64,000 nt of DNA from an uncultured Rhodopirellula sp. (GTDB lineage Bacteria > Planctomycetota > Planctomycetia > Pirellulales > Pirellulaceae), in the NCBI GenBank assembly GCA_964007735.1, contig CAXGAI010000015.1:1-64000 (forward strand), read 5' to 3'. Below are positions 10,052 to 19,499 of this stretch, piece after piece; the first letter of the stretch is position 1, and each line of letters begins with the position of its first letter. The position numbers were made by a program, and so were the translations under genes. Below the pieces are notes generated by a model. It had not been told where the DNA came from, ran no database searches, and saw only the letters and a list, made by a program, of their open reading frames with translations.

Positions 10052-11152
10052 ATGCTGCTCCACGCCAGGTATTTTATTTTATTGTTCGGAATAAGTGCAT
10101 GCGCGCTTTCGTCGTTAAAGGCAGATAATCCTCAGCAAGGCGATGTAATCCGCGCGTTTCTTGGTAAGCGAACGGCACTCGAGTCGGTGTATATTCCGCC
10201 GGGTGATTTTATGATGGGGAGTACGTTAGAGGAGAAGCGATGGGCAACCGGTATAGAAGGTGGGGCTCAGGCAGGGACGGACCGAGAAAGTTTTGAGGGT
10301 GAACCTCGCCGCGTAAAGGTTCATCATGGGTTTTGGATGGGCCGCACGGAAGTGACCGTTGGTCAATTCCGGCGATTTGTAGAAGTGACGGGTTACATAA
10401 CGGATGCGGAAGGCCTCGGCGGTTGGACGCAGGTGTTTGACCATTCATGGGACAGATATTTTCACCATTCGGGAATTAAACACCCTTGGAAAAAAAGCGC
10501 AATTCACAGTTGGCGTGATCCGAATATTGGGATTCCCCTAAAAGATAATTATCCGGTTGTTTGTGTTAGTTATCGGGATATGAAAGCATTTTGTTCTTGG
10601 TTGACGGAGCACGAAAGCAAAGCTGGCAGGCTGCCTAAGGGATTAAGATATCGTCTCCCTACCGAGGCAGAGTGGGCATATGCCTGTCGCGGTGGCCGTA
10701 AAGATAGCTCGTATTTCTGGTGGGGTAACGACCTAACAGAGGGCCGAGGGCGTTTTAATATTTCTTCCGTTGATTTTCTGCCTGGCCGTAATATGGTTTG
10801 GCCGTTAGCAAATACTCCCTGGAGTGATGGCTATGCGTTCATGTCTCCGGTCGACCAATATGGTAAGAACGGGCGGAATGGTTTCGGTTTGGCGGACATG
10901 TGCGGTAACGTTTGGGAGTTTACCTTAGACCAATTTGACCCGACTGGTGGACACGAAGAGCTTAATTATGCCGATGCAAATGCCAAGACGGTGGTGAGGC
11001 CGGTTTGTCGTGGGGGCAATTATTTTGATGTTCCCGGCAACGCACGCTGTGCTGTTCGACTAGGGATTTTAGGCGTGCAATATTCCGACTCGCGGGACGG
11101 TTTTCGGGTTTGCCTGGGACTCAGGCAAGAGACAAAGGCTGTGACCCAGTAG
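10052..11152 (+). CDS. FGE-sulfatase (SUMF1-like) domain protein, secreted
   Basis: FMMGS, TEVTVGQF, PVVCVS, RLPTEAEWAYACRGG, NGFGLADMCGNVWE, RGG, GFRV. Confidence 0.9.
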   Translation: MLLHARYFILLFGISACALSSLKADNPQQGDVIRAFLGKRTALESVYIPPGDFMMGSTLEEKRWATGIEGGAQAGTDRESFEGEPRRVKVHHGFWMGRTEVTVGQFRRFVEVTGYITDAEGLGGWTQVFDHSWDRYFHHSGIKHPWKKSAIHSWRDPNIGIPLKDNYPVVCVSYRDMKAFCSWLTEHESKAGRLPKGLRYRLPTEAEWAYACRGGRKDSSYFWWGNDLTEGRGRFNISSVDFLPGRNMVWPLANTPWSDGYAFMSPVDQYGKNGRNGFGLADMCGNVWEFTLDQFDPTGGHEELNYADANAKTVVRPVCRGGNYFDVPGNARCAVRLGILGVQYSDSRDGFRVCLGLRQETKAVTQ

Positions 11153-11383
11153 GACTACGTATAAATTGACAAACTTTGATTAGAATGACAAAACATGTTG
11201 GACCTCACCCTGGAACAGTAAAAAGTCCTAATCTGTCGCTGTAAATCCTCCGATGATGCTCGTAAGGCCTGACTTTGGCTAACCAAGCCGAGTGAATATT
11301 GCCACAGAAATCACTCTTAGCTAAAATAGAAGACAAAGACGATTTTTCTGTCGTCTGGTGAAAAGCTCTTTGATTGGAAGAAG

Positions 11384-12706
11384 ATGATGCTCAATCGACG
11401 TAACATCCTGCAAGGTATGGCTGTTGGCGCTGGTGCTGTTATGACAGCTGCAATGAAACCTGGCAACGCAATGGCAACTCCGGGAACGGGGCGGACGACG
11501 AAACGTGTTATCTTTTTTATGCAGAATCAGGGGTTTGATCCCAAGACTTGTATTCCGGAAGGTATGAGTAGCAGCGGTTCTTTGGCCAATGCCACGCTGC
11601 CAGAACCTATCAGCCCGCTGGAGTCCTATAAAGATCGTCTGCACATTATTAATGGTCTGCACGGAACCCATACGACCCCTTCTCATAGCGCCTTTTTTGG
11701 TGCCTTGGGTGGATATCGAGGAGGTGATGGAGTTCCTCCTAGTGCATCGACGATCGACTATGAAATAAGTAAGCTGCTTCCAGAGACATTGCTTCCACAT
11801 CTTTGTATTGGGATGGATTCTATTGAGAACATGACCACAAAGCCTACGGTAGCTAATCTATCAGCAAGTGGAACTGGTCAGCCGATCTTTATGCATTCCA
11901 ATCCAAATCATCTATATCAGATGCTTTACGGCGGGATCTCCACGGGGGACATTCGTAAACAACACGAAGCCAAATCTAATTTGCTGACACAGGTTGAAAA
12001 ACTCGCTAGCGCAAAGGGTCGATCGTTACCAGGCACCGCGGCTCAGCGTTATGGCCAATTTGTTCAGGGATTTCGTGATACGAACGGATTGCAAGATCGA
12101 CTAAGTAAAGTATCAGCTCATTTGCGAAAATTCGCACCAGTCGTTGATGAGCGTTATTCCAATCCGGAATTTGAGACGGATTGGCATGACGCTCTCCTTG
12201 AACTAGGTATTTCCGCACTGACATCCGGTATTACCAACACTCTCACCATCGGTTCCGGCCGAGGTGAGATATTCGGTGCCTGGAAAGGAATTGGGGTGGA
12301 AAAACAGGGTCACGATCTCGGCCACATTGCTCAACCCGATAATCCTATTTGGATAAAGATTCGACAGTACAACAGCCAGATGCTTGTGAAACTTATGGAG
12401 GCGCTTGATAGTATTCCAGAAGGTAGCGGTTCCATGATGGATCATACACTGATTGTTTACACGAGTAACAATGCTGATAAGCAACACACGAGCGGGGCTA
12501 ATTGGCCTGTAATGCTGCTCGGGAATTTGGATGGGGCCTTCAAGACGGGTTGTTTTACACAATTGGATGGTAAACGCCCAATCAATGCTCTTTACACTTC
12601 TATTTTGCGGGTTGTGGGATCGAATGTTGATCGCTTTAATATGGATGAAAAACTTGCGAAGAAATTCGACAGTGCTTCAGGGCCCGTGAAGGAAATTCTT
12701 ACATGA
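11384..12706 (+). CDS. DUF1552 family protein with twin-arginine signal
   Basis: [41 protein letters not shown]; translationally coupled to a DUF1588 gene. Confidence 0.85.
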   Translation: MMLNRRNILQGMAVGAGAVMTAAMKPGNAMATPGTGRTTKRVIFFMQNQGFDPKTCIPEGMSSSGSLANATLPEPISPLESYKDRLHIINGLHGTHTTPSHSAFFGALGGYRGGDGVPPSASTIDYEISKLLPETLLPHLCIGMDSIENMTTKPTVANLSASGTGQPIFMHSNPNHLYQMLYGGISTGDIRKQHEAKSNLLTQVEKLASAKGRSLPGTAAQRYGQFVQGFRDTNGLQDRLSKVSAHLRKFAPVVDERYSNPEFETDWHDALLELGISALTSGITNTLTIGSGRGEIFGAWKGIGVEKQGHDLGHIAQPDNPIWIKIRQYNSQMLVKLMEALDSIPEGSGSMMDHTLIVYTSNNADKQHTSGANWPVMLLGNLDGAFKTGCFTQLDGKRPINALYTSILRVVGSNVDRFNMDEKLAKKFDSASGPVKEILT

Positions 12707-15183
12707 TCCGGCAGCTAGCCTTCTGGTTCGCCTTGCTTCTGTTTTGCGGCGATCCACTCGCGAATGCTGATCAGTACATCCCCGGCCGACCCGTAAATAA
12801 AGGCTTTGCGGAATTTGCTGAACCCTTCCTCGCAAAACATTGTGTAGACTGCCATGGTGGTTCGGATCCAGCGGGGAATCTTTCTCTCGGTAATCTTGGC
12901 GGTGTGGATTCGGCCAATGCGGACATTTGGAAAAGTGTCTGGGCCCAAGTCACTCTTAGAGAAATGCCTCCGCGTGATGCCGACCAGCCTGAAGTATTAT
13001 CGCGATTACAAATGTCGGACTGGATCGTTGGTGAATTGACCCGTGCCTTGCAGGGCAAAGGCGGGTTTGTTGATCATCAGGATCCTAACAAGGCCAATTT
13101 CATTAATCACGCCTTGCTCTTTGGGGATCTGCCAAAGCAAATTAGGCTCATTCCGTCATCTTCTCCCACCCGAATTTGGCGGGTTACACGTGAGGAACAT
13201 ATCACCCGGTTGAATGAGTTGATTAATAAGGAGCCGGCTTACCAGCCCGCTAAACCCGGCCAGCGCACTCAAGGTGACGTGGTCCCCACCAACCATGGTG
13301 GTGAATTGAAGATGTATTTTGGGACAGATCGGATTATCCAGTGGCAAGGCGGTACCGTTGCTTATGCTACAGCCGTCAAAAGTGTCCCGGCCATACTGTC
13401 GACAGCAAGAAAACACGGGTTAGAAAACTACCCTGCTTTCTATACCGTCAATAGTGCAGAAGCCACACAGATTATGAATGTAGCGGAGGACGTGCTCCGC
13501 TACATGGCTGACGGGCCGCTTAGTATTGCGAAACCCTATCAGATCACAGATGACCCTAATTCTATTAAGGATAAGATGGTAGGCGACCTGCGAGGGTTGC
13601 CCACGAGTCTTGTCTACAGCACGAAAGTGATGCGCCCGCTTACACCGGTGTATGATCTGCTTGAACTTCGGGAGCCAACTGAGCAGGATCAGCGTAAAGC
13701 GGTTGATTTTATGTTTGAGGCCCTGACGTTCCGAGAACCTTCGGTGGCGGAGTCGGATATCTATATGCAATTGGTGAAGGAATCGATAGAAAAACTCGGT
13801 AACAAGGATGGTACGATCCTTGGCCTCTCCGCCATTTTCTTAGATCGTGATGCCCTATTCCGCCCGGAGTTAGCAGAAGATGGCGAAACGGATGAATATG
13901 GTCGTGTAATGTTGCAGGACTGGGAATTAGGCCTCGCAATTAACCACGCATTTAGTTACATCAAACCGGACGCCGCATTGCGAGAAGCGATTGTTTCTGG
14001 AAGGGTTCGTACCAGAGAAGATGTGCGTCGAGAGGTTGAGCGAATACTTGAAGACGACACGATTCGGAAACCGCGTGTTCTTCAGTTCTTTCGCGACTAT
14101 TTCGATTACGATCTTGGTGGTTACATTTGTAAAGATTCAAATGCTCTCACGCAGGCAGGTGTTTCTAATCGTGGCACGGCGCATTATCGTGCAATGTTTG
14201 ATGCGACCGCGAGTACCGATAGGCTTGTAGAAATCATTCTTGAGAAAGATCAGGATGTATTTCGACAGTTACTGACAACCGATTTGGCAATTGCTACGAA
14301 ATCAGATGCGATCTATTTGGGTAAACAGAACTCGCCTGACGAGCGGAAAGCATCGATTCAGGCAGAAGAAAAGTATCAGCAAGAACTAAAAAAGAAGCTC
14401 GCGGACGAATTAGAGAAATGGAAGAAAGAGAATCCGGGAAAAGAGCCTCCTAAAGCTAAAAAGCAACCAGCAAGAAATTTGAATCACAACGTTACTCCAG
14501 TAGAGATTGTTGGCGATAAAGAATTCGCTCGTGTCAGTCGGCGTAGTTTCGGCGCCGGATCTATGAAACCTGAGCGTACACTGACTACCACGACGCAGGG
14601 GCAGCGAATGGGATTGTTGACCCACCCGGCATGGTTGGTTTCCCATTCCGATGCAATGGACAACCACGCAATTCTCCGTGGACGATGGATTCAGGAACGT
14701 TTAGTCGGCGGCGCAATTCCGGATGTTCCAATAACGGTCGATGCCATGCTTCCTGACGAGCCTAACAATTCGTTACGAGAGCGAATGCGAGTTACTCGTG
14801 AAAATTATTGCTGGAATTGTCATCGTAAAATGGATCCTTTAGGTTTGCCGTTTGAAATGTTTAATCATGCGGGCTTATATCGAGAATTCGAATTAGGTGA
14901 AGTCGTGGATACTTCGGGCGAGATTATCGATTCCGGTGACCCGTCGTTGGATGGAAAGGTCTCCAATGCCTTGGAGTTAATAGAGAGGCTTGCTAACAGC
15001 CGGCGAGCCGAGCAAGTGTTTGTTCGGCATGCGTTCAGATTCTGGATGGGGCGGAATGAGACTTTGCATGATGGCCCCATTCTTCGTGATGCTTATCAAT
15101 CCTATAAGGATTCCGGTGGCAGTATGAAGGCTTTGCTTACTTCTTTATTGACGTCAGACGCATTCTTGTATCGGACAAGATAA
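12703..15183 (+). CDS. DUF1592/DUF1588/DUF1585-type protein with two c-type haem motifs
   Basis: CVDCH...EMPP (planctomycete cytochrome c domain), [29 protein letters not shown] overlap with the preceding gene. Confidence 0.85.
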   Translation: MIRQLAFWFALLLFCGDPLANADQYIPGRPVNKGFAEFAEPFLAKHCVDCHGGSDPAGNLSLGNLGGVDSANADIWKSVWAQVTLREMPPRDADQPEVLSRLQMSDWIVGELTRALQGKGGFVDHQDPNKANFINHALLFGDLPKQIRLIPSSSPTRIWRVTREEHITRLNELINKEPAYQPAKPGQRTQGDVVPTNHGGELKMYFGTDRIIQWQGGTVAYATAVKSVPAILSTARKHGLENYPAFYTVNSAEATQIMNVAEDVLRYMADGPLSIAKPYQITDDPNSIKDKMVGDLRGLPTSLVYSTKVMRPLTPVYDLLELREPTEQDQRKAVDFMFEALTFREPSVAESDIYMQLVKESIEKLGNKDGTILGLSAIFLDRDALFRPELAEDGETDEYGRVMLQDWELGLAINHAFSYIKPDAALREAIVSGRVRTREDVRREVERILEDDTIRKPRVLQFFRDYFDYDLGGYICKDSNALTQAGVSNRGTAHYRAMFDATASTDRLVEIILEKDQDVFRQLLTTDLAIATKSDAIYLGKQNSPDERKASIQAEEKYQQELKKKLADELEKWKKENPGKEPPKAKKQPARNLNHNVTPVEIVGDKEFARVSRRSFGAGSMKPERTLTTTTQGQRMGLLTHPAWLVSHSDAMDNHAILRGRWIQERLVGGAIPDVPITVDAMLPDEPNNSLRERMRVTRENYCWNCHRKMDPLGLPFEMFNHAGLYREFELGEVVDTSGEIIDSGDPSLDGKVSNALELIERLANSRRAEQVFVRHAFRFWMGRNETLHDGPILRDAYQSYKDSGGSMKALLTSLLTSDAFLYRTR

Positions 15184-15210
15184 GTTTGATCCTGATGGCT
15201 GCGCCGCTGC

Positions 15211-17106
15211 TTACGGTGTTAAACGCATATAGACATCGAGTTCGCCGGAGTTGTCATGGAGCCTGTTGAAGCTCTCTTTGCAACGAACGAAAAGTAATCC
15301 GTCTTGAGGCGCAGGGAACGATGCTCTTTCTCCAAGTTCGAATTCCGCACTGAGCTTGAAATCATTAAATATTATGCCCATTAGGCTTCCATTCCCGCGA
15401 TCATTTCCGCGAGCGGTTACTTCATCCTTCTCGGCAGTTAATGACCATTTGCCTACGGCGGCAATATCATATGCCTTTCCTTTTTCCAAAATAAGTCCCG
15501 ACGCCTGCCAGCCGTACTTAGCTTTGACTTTAACCTTAAGTTGCCTGGAGCCATTCAGGCGGGAGAATGTCCTGTTCCATTGCCATGCGCAGAGGTCATT
15601 GCGATAGCCATTTTGTAGATGTTCCAGAAAAAAAGCATACTCGAACGATATCTGAGATGCGATATCTCCGTAGGTAGCCTCAAAAGAAACGGTAGGCTGT
15701 TGTTGCATGAGCGCGATGGCAAGCGGTTTGAATCGCCCCGAGTAGTTAGGGTTATTGGCTAACAGTTGGCAGAGTGCCCATCGCCATGCATAATCCTGCC
15801 AATTTCCAGCCGGCACCCTTCCGGGTACAGCAATTTCCAGTAAAGACTTTTGAGGGGATTTTTGGAGGTAATCAAGCACAGGTGGGGGAAGGCTGACTTG
15901 AGTTTCTCCCGGCCGCCAGTATTGCCCAAGTTCCGCGATACCCTCTGCTAACCAGGTAGGCCCAGTAGATCCAAAAGTAAGAGAACAAAATCCATGGGTG
16001 CTCTCGTGTTGTACAACACCATGATCAGCACAGGAATAAATTACCGCTCGACGATTATTGCCGACAGATGAAGAAAAACAAATGCCTGCACCTTCTTTGA
16101 TCTTCGCGATACCGGCTGGCTCCTGCAATATATTGTCGGGCCATCGGGTGATATCATCCACGATAAAACCTTCGATGATAGTAGAAGGCCTGGCACGAAA
16201 ATATCCGCCAAGTAATGAATGCATCGTCTCCAGTTTTTCTAATAACACCCTGGCTTCCAACTCGGAGATATCACTCATGAAGATAAAATTCTGAGACCTG
16301 ATCATGCGAGGGTTCATCGGCGTGTTACTTAAATTCGCATATTTCTTGCGGAGTGCGTTGTCAAAGTTGTCTCGACTGATGGGCCTGTATTTTGTTGTTA
16401 GCGAGATTTCCTTCAAGATAGAATCGCCTGTGTTCAACTCCTGAATCGTTGCGCGTTGAATCTCCATGGAGGCGGAGATCAATTTAGGGTCTGTGCTGGT
16501 AAATTCAATCACGCAGTTTGGCTGTAATTGGAAGGAAAGTATCTTCACTTTTGTATGTTGATTTCCCGGGACGTTAATAAGGAGCCGGTCGTTGACAACT
16601 TTGTTGTAAGTGGCCGTTAATTGATAGGACTGGTACTCGTTAGGTGAAGTTTGTTTCGGTCCGATCGGTAGGATGCCGGCAGAATGAGTACCGATCAATA
16701 AGTCTAGGGAAGCTAGTCTGCCACTGGTTTTCCCAAGGCGGTTGAAGTTGCCTTCAAATTGAAGAATGTCGCCGGCCGTCAACACGTCTGGTCCGAAACG
16801 CCCGACCATCATCGTTTCCAGAGGTGCCCTTAAACGCGTGCCATTTCCCAGAATTACCGTTGGTGTTTTTGGGTCAATGGACATCAATGCCTCGATAGTA
16901 CGTCCATCATTTGTTCTGATCGCGATGTTCTGTCCTGATGTTGAAACGACGGTTCCCTGAACGGTGGTTTCCTTGGTAACCAATATTTGTGCATTCAGGT
17001 GTTCTAGACCAAGAAAAACACCGGCTATGCAAAATATTGTGATACGCAGGTAAATTCCTATAGACACCAGAAGGGCTCCTTTGAGCTGATATGTCAACTC
17101 AGGCAT
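15211..17106 (-). CDS. Hypothetical secreted gluzincin-like metallopeptidase with a C-terminal lectin-like domain
   Basis: QHESTHG...PTWLAEGIAE (HExxH plus distal Glu); C-terminal GWQ.SG...G..Y.I.A.GKW...DNSG pattern resembles PA-IL/LecA-like domains. Confidence 0.6.
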   Translation of the reverse strand: MPELTYQLKGALLVSIGIYLRITIFCIAGVFLGLEHLNAQILVTKETTVQGTVVSTSGQNIAIRTNDGRTIEALMSIDPKTPTVILGNGTRLRAPLETMMVGRFGPDVLTAGDILQFEGNFNRLGKTSGRLASLDLLIGTHSAGILPIGPKQTSPNEYQSYQLTATYNKVVNDRLLINVPGNQHTKVKILSFQLQPNCVIEFTSTDPKLISASMEIQRATIQELNTGDSILKEISLTTKYRPISRDNFDNALRKKYANLSNTPMNPRMIRSQNFIFMSDISELEARVLLEKLETMHSLLGGYFRARPSTIIEGFIVDDITRWPDNILQEPAGIAKIKEGAGICFSSSVGNNRRAVIYSCADHGVVQHESTHGFCSLTFGSTGPTWLAEGIAELGQYWRPGETQVSLPPPVLDYLQKSPQKSLLEIAVPGRVPAGNWQDYAWRWALCQLLANNPNYSGRFKPLAIALMQQQPTVSFEATYGDIASQISFEYAFFLEHLQNGYRNDLCAWQWNRTFSRLNGSRQLKVKVKAKYGWQASGLILEKGKAYDIAAVGKWSLTAEKDEVTARGNDRGNGSLMGIIFNDFKLSAEFELGERASFPAPQDGLLFVRCKESFNRLHDNSGELDVYMRLTP

Positions 17107-17521
17107 TGATTTAAAAAACTGACAGCGGCTTATAAACGCCTAGTGTGTATCATAACGAGGAGACTTCCCGAGCGCGTAGGGCAAGTCACCCGATCACACG
17201 AAAAGTGGTTGGCAGGTCTAAAAATAACAAAAAATTACATGTTACGTGTCCATTATCCGCAGAAATTGCTGGTTAATCCTAGCTTGGGACGTGTACTCCG
17301 AAAATGCCTTTCCAAGTTAGGTCACTGTTGTTAAGGGCTCCCTATATTGCCTTTCGCAACGGTGGCTGACTATTTAATGAGAAAAATGTGTGCAAACTAA
17401 CTATCGTTGGTGTTTCATCTCAGGTCGTAAATCTTGAGTTGGAGCTGAGAATAGTTTGGTAGGCCGCAGTGTACAATTCAAAATAAAGTCGTGTAATTGT
17501 TTGGAATTGCGGGTGTCGAAC

Positions 17522-18052
17522 GTGAATGACCAACGAGACCGGATCGCCAAAGAAGCCATGGGGTACCGTATCGAGCTAATTGCTTATGCGCGTGCCCTTG
17601 TTGGGGATCATGCAACTGCTGAAGATATTGTTCAGCAAGCCATTCTGGTGGTCTTTGATAAGTATGAACAATTCCGCGAGGGCACCTCAATGCTTGCGTG
17701 GTGTCGTGGAATAGTTCGGATCGAAGTACTGAGATTTAAGGGACGACGGAGCAAGGAGCGAACACTTGCGGTTTGTTTACTAGACGATGCGATTAGCGCT
17801 GCTTATGAAGAGTTTCAGACGCAACGGAGAAGTGAAGAATTAGACGCCTGGCGATCGGCTTTGCGGGAATGTTTGAATCGCGTTTCAGAACGGGGGCGTG
17901 GAGTAATGCAAGCGCGGTTTGTCGACGGACTAGGGTATAGTCAGATTGCGGAACAACTCGAAATGACGATAGAAGCAGTGAGGAAGTCGCTATTCCGTCA
18001 TAAAAAGAAGTTACGGTCATGTGTAGAGGCAAGTAAGAGGCAGGACTTATGA
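17522..18052 (+). CDS. ECF-type RNA polymerase sigma factor
   Basis: AEDIVQQ, F..W...I.R (region 2) and GLGYSQIAEQLEMTIEAVRKSLFR (region 4). GTG 17522 chosen as start; the ORF is open from 17456. Confidence 0.9.
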   Translation: MNDQRDRIAKEAMGYRIELIAYARALVGDHATAEDIVQQAILVVFDKYEQFREGTSMLAWCRGIVRIEVLRFKGRRSKERTLAVCLLDDAISAAYEEFQTQRRSEELDAWRSALRECLNRVSERGRGVMQARFVDGLGYSQIAEQLEMTIEAVRKSLFRHKKKLRSCVEASKRQDL

Positions 18053-19437
18053 ACGACGATGTCAATTTAGAAGATTTGATTGATCGGTATTTGAACGGTG
18101 AATTAGATGACGTTGATAAAGAATGGCTTGCTTTCCGATTGGATAGTGATGCCAAAGCACGGCAGGAGTTCGTGGAGTTTGTAAACTGGGATACCGAAAT
18201 ACGGTCTGCGTTGAACCAGAATGCGTCATCTGCCTCTAATCTCCTTCCCGGTGAAGTTGGGTTTAGAGCGCTTTCCAAAAAAGACGGGTCAGGAAAGTTG
18301 TCCTCTTCATCACTGGTGCTGGCAGTGACGATTGCGTTTTGCTTGGCGATCGTGGTCAATCAATTGATGTTTCGGGGAGACAGAAAACAACAAGAACCAA
18401 CAGAACTTGCGCCGCGGCAGTTACCAGCTTCAATCGCACGCGTAACGGGGTTAAATGGGGATTTGATCTGGACTGGTGATCGCGGCCAAATTGTAAGAAG
18501 CCCTAAGGTTGGTATGGAATTAGCTGGGGGAACAATCGAGGGATTGGCGCCGGACTCTTGGTTTGAGCTTCGTTTTAACGATGGTTCGACGGTCATGATA
18601 TCGGGCTCTTCGCTTTTAACCTTCGGTGATGACGGACAAAAAGTTCTGCGTCTTAGAGAGGGCCATCTTTCTGGTAAAGTGTCACCGCAACCTAAGGGTA
18701 AACCTATGGTGGTTAGCACGCGTTCCGCGGTTCTTAATGTCCTTGGGACTCAATTCAACATGGAGGCCAATTTATCGTCTACGGATCTTATGGTGAGCGA
18801 AGGATCGGTGCGGTTTAAACGTTTTAGCGACGGTAAGGAGGTTGTTGTGGAGGCGCAGCATCAGGTGACCACAGATCACGAAAAGGGCTTACTTCCAATT
18901 CCTGTGCCTCGATCTGCGTTCAACTGGAAGAGTCGAGTTGATGGACAAGTTGGGAATTATGGTAAATGGAAGCCCGCGACATTGGACACTCCGGCGTCAT
19001 TGAAGGCAATCCCTCTTGTTCCTGCCGAAAATCCCGACGTGACACTTTATTTAGCGGGGATGTCAGTCAATCGATCGGATGGCTCGCCGGTTGTTGTGAT
19101 GCCGCATTCGCAATTCGTGGTGCGTGGGAAAATGAGATCAGAGTCGCGGGTCTATTTTGGTATTCGAGTTAAACATCCCAATGGAGAATATGCGGGGATG
19201 TTTAGGGGGGACCTAAAGAATCAGCAACCAATAACGAAAATAGATGAAACGGGCAGGTTTGAAGCGGTTTATCAACTGAAGCAGTTTACAATAGATCCTG
19301 TCGTCGTGGCCAGACGGGGGGGGAACGCCTCCAGCCCTGATGGCTTGGTATTGGACGGTGTTTGGGCGTTCACGCACACCAAAGACCCGTCCGGCTTGGA
19401 AATCTTTGATGTTGAGTTACTGCCGCCCAGCAATTGA
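18049..19437 (+). CDS. FecR-domain anti-sigma factor
   Basis: N-terminal LIDRYLNGEL anti-sigma helix, one TM segment, FecR motifs LRFNDGS, LREG, VLGTQF, VSEGSV; ATGA overlap with the sigma gene. Confidence 0.88.
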   Translation: MNDDVNLEDLIDRYLNGELDDVDKEWLAFRLDSDAKARQEFVEFVNWDTEIRSALNQNASSASNLLPGEVGFRALSKKDGSGKLSSSSLVLAVTIAFCLAIVVNQLMFRGDRKQQEPTELAPRQLPASIARVTGLNGDLIWTGDRGQIVRSPKVGMELAGGTIEGLAPDSWFELRFNDGSTVMISGSSLLTFGDDGQKVLRLREGHLSGKVSPQPKGKPMVVSTRSAVLNVLGTQFNMEANLSSTDLMVSEGSVRFKRFSDGKEVVVEAQHQVTTDHEKGLLPIPVPRSAFNWKSRVDGQVGNYGKWKPATLDTPASLKAIPLVPAENPDVTLYLAGMSVNRSDGSPVVVMPHSQFVVRGKMRSESRVYFGIRVKHPNGEYAGMFRGDLKNQQPITKIDETGRFEAVYQLKQFTIDPVVVARRGGNASSPDGLVLDGVWAFTHTKDPSGLEIFDVELLPPSN

Positions 19438-19499
19438 AAAAGGCGATCACGGAAAAATAGTAGATTAGCCGGCTCGGTCTTCCAGATTATTAAACGTAA

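Noticed and set aside
10052..11152. FGE-domain gene as senA/egtB partner of senB
   Set aside because: No N-terminal DinB-like domain or HxxxH iron motif, has a signal peptide, and lies 52 kb away.
11166..11186. TTGACA...TAGAAT as a sigma70 promoter
   Set aside because: The hexamers are only 9 nt apart.
17143..17334. 63-aa intergenic ORF
   Set aside because: GTG start, no clear RBS, no recognisable motif; it lies in a probable divergent promoter region.
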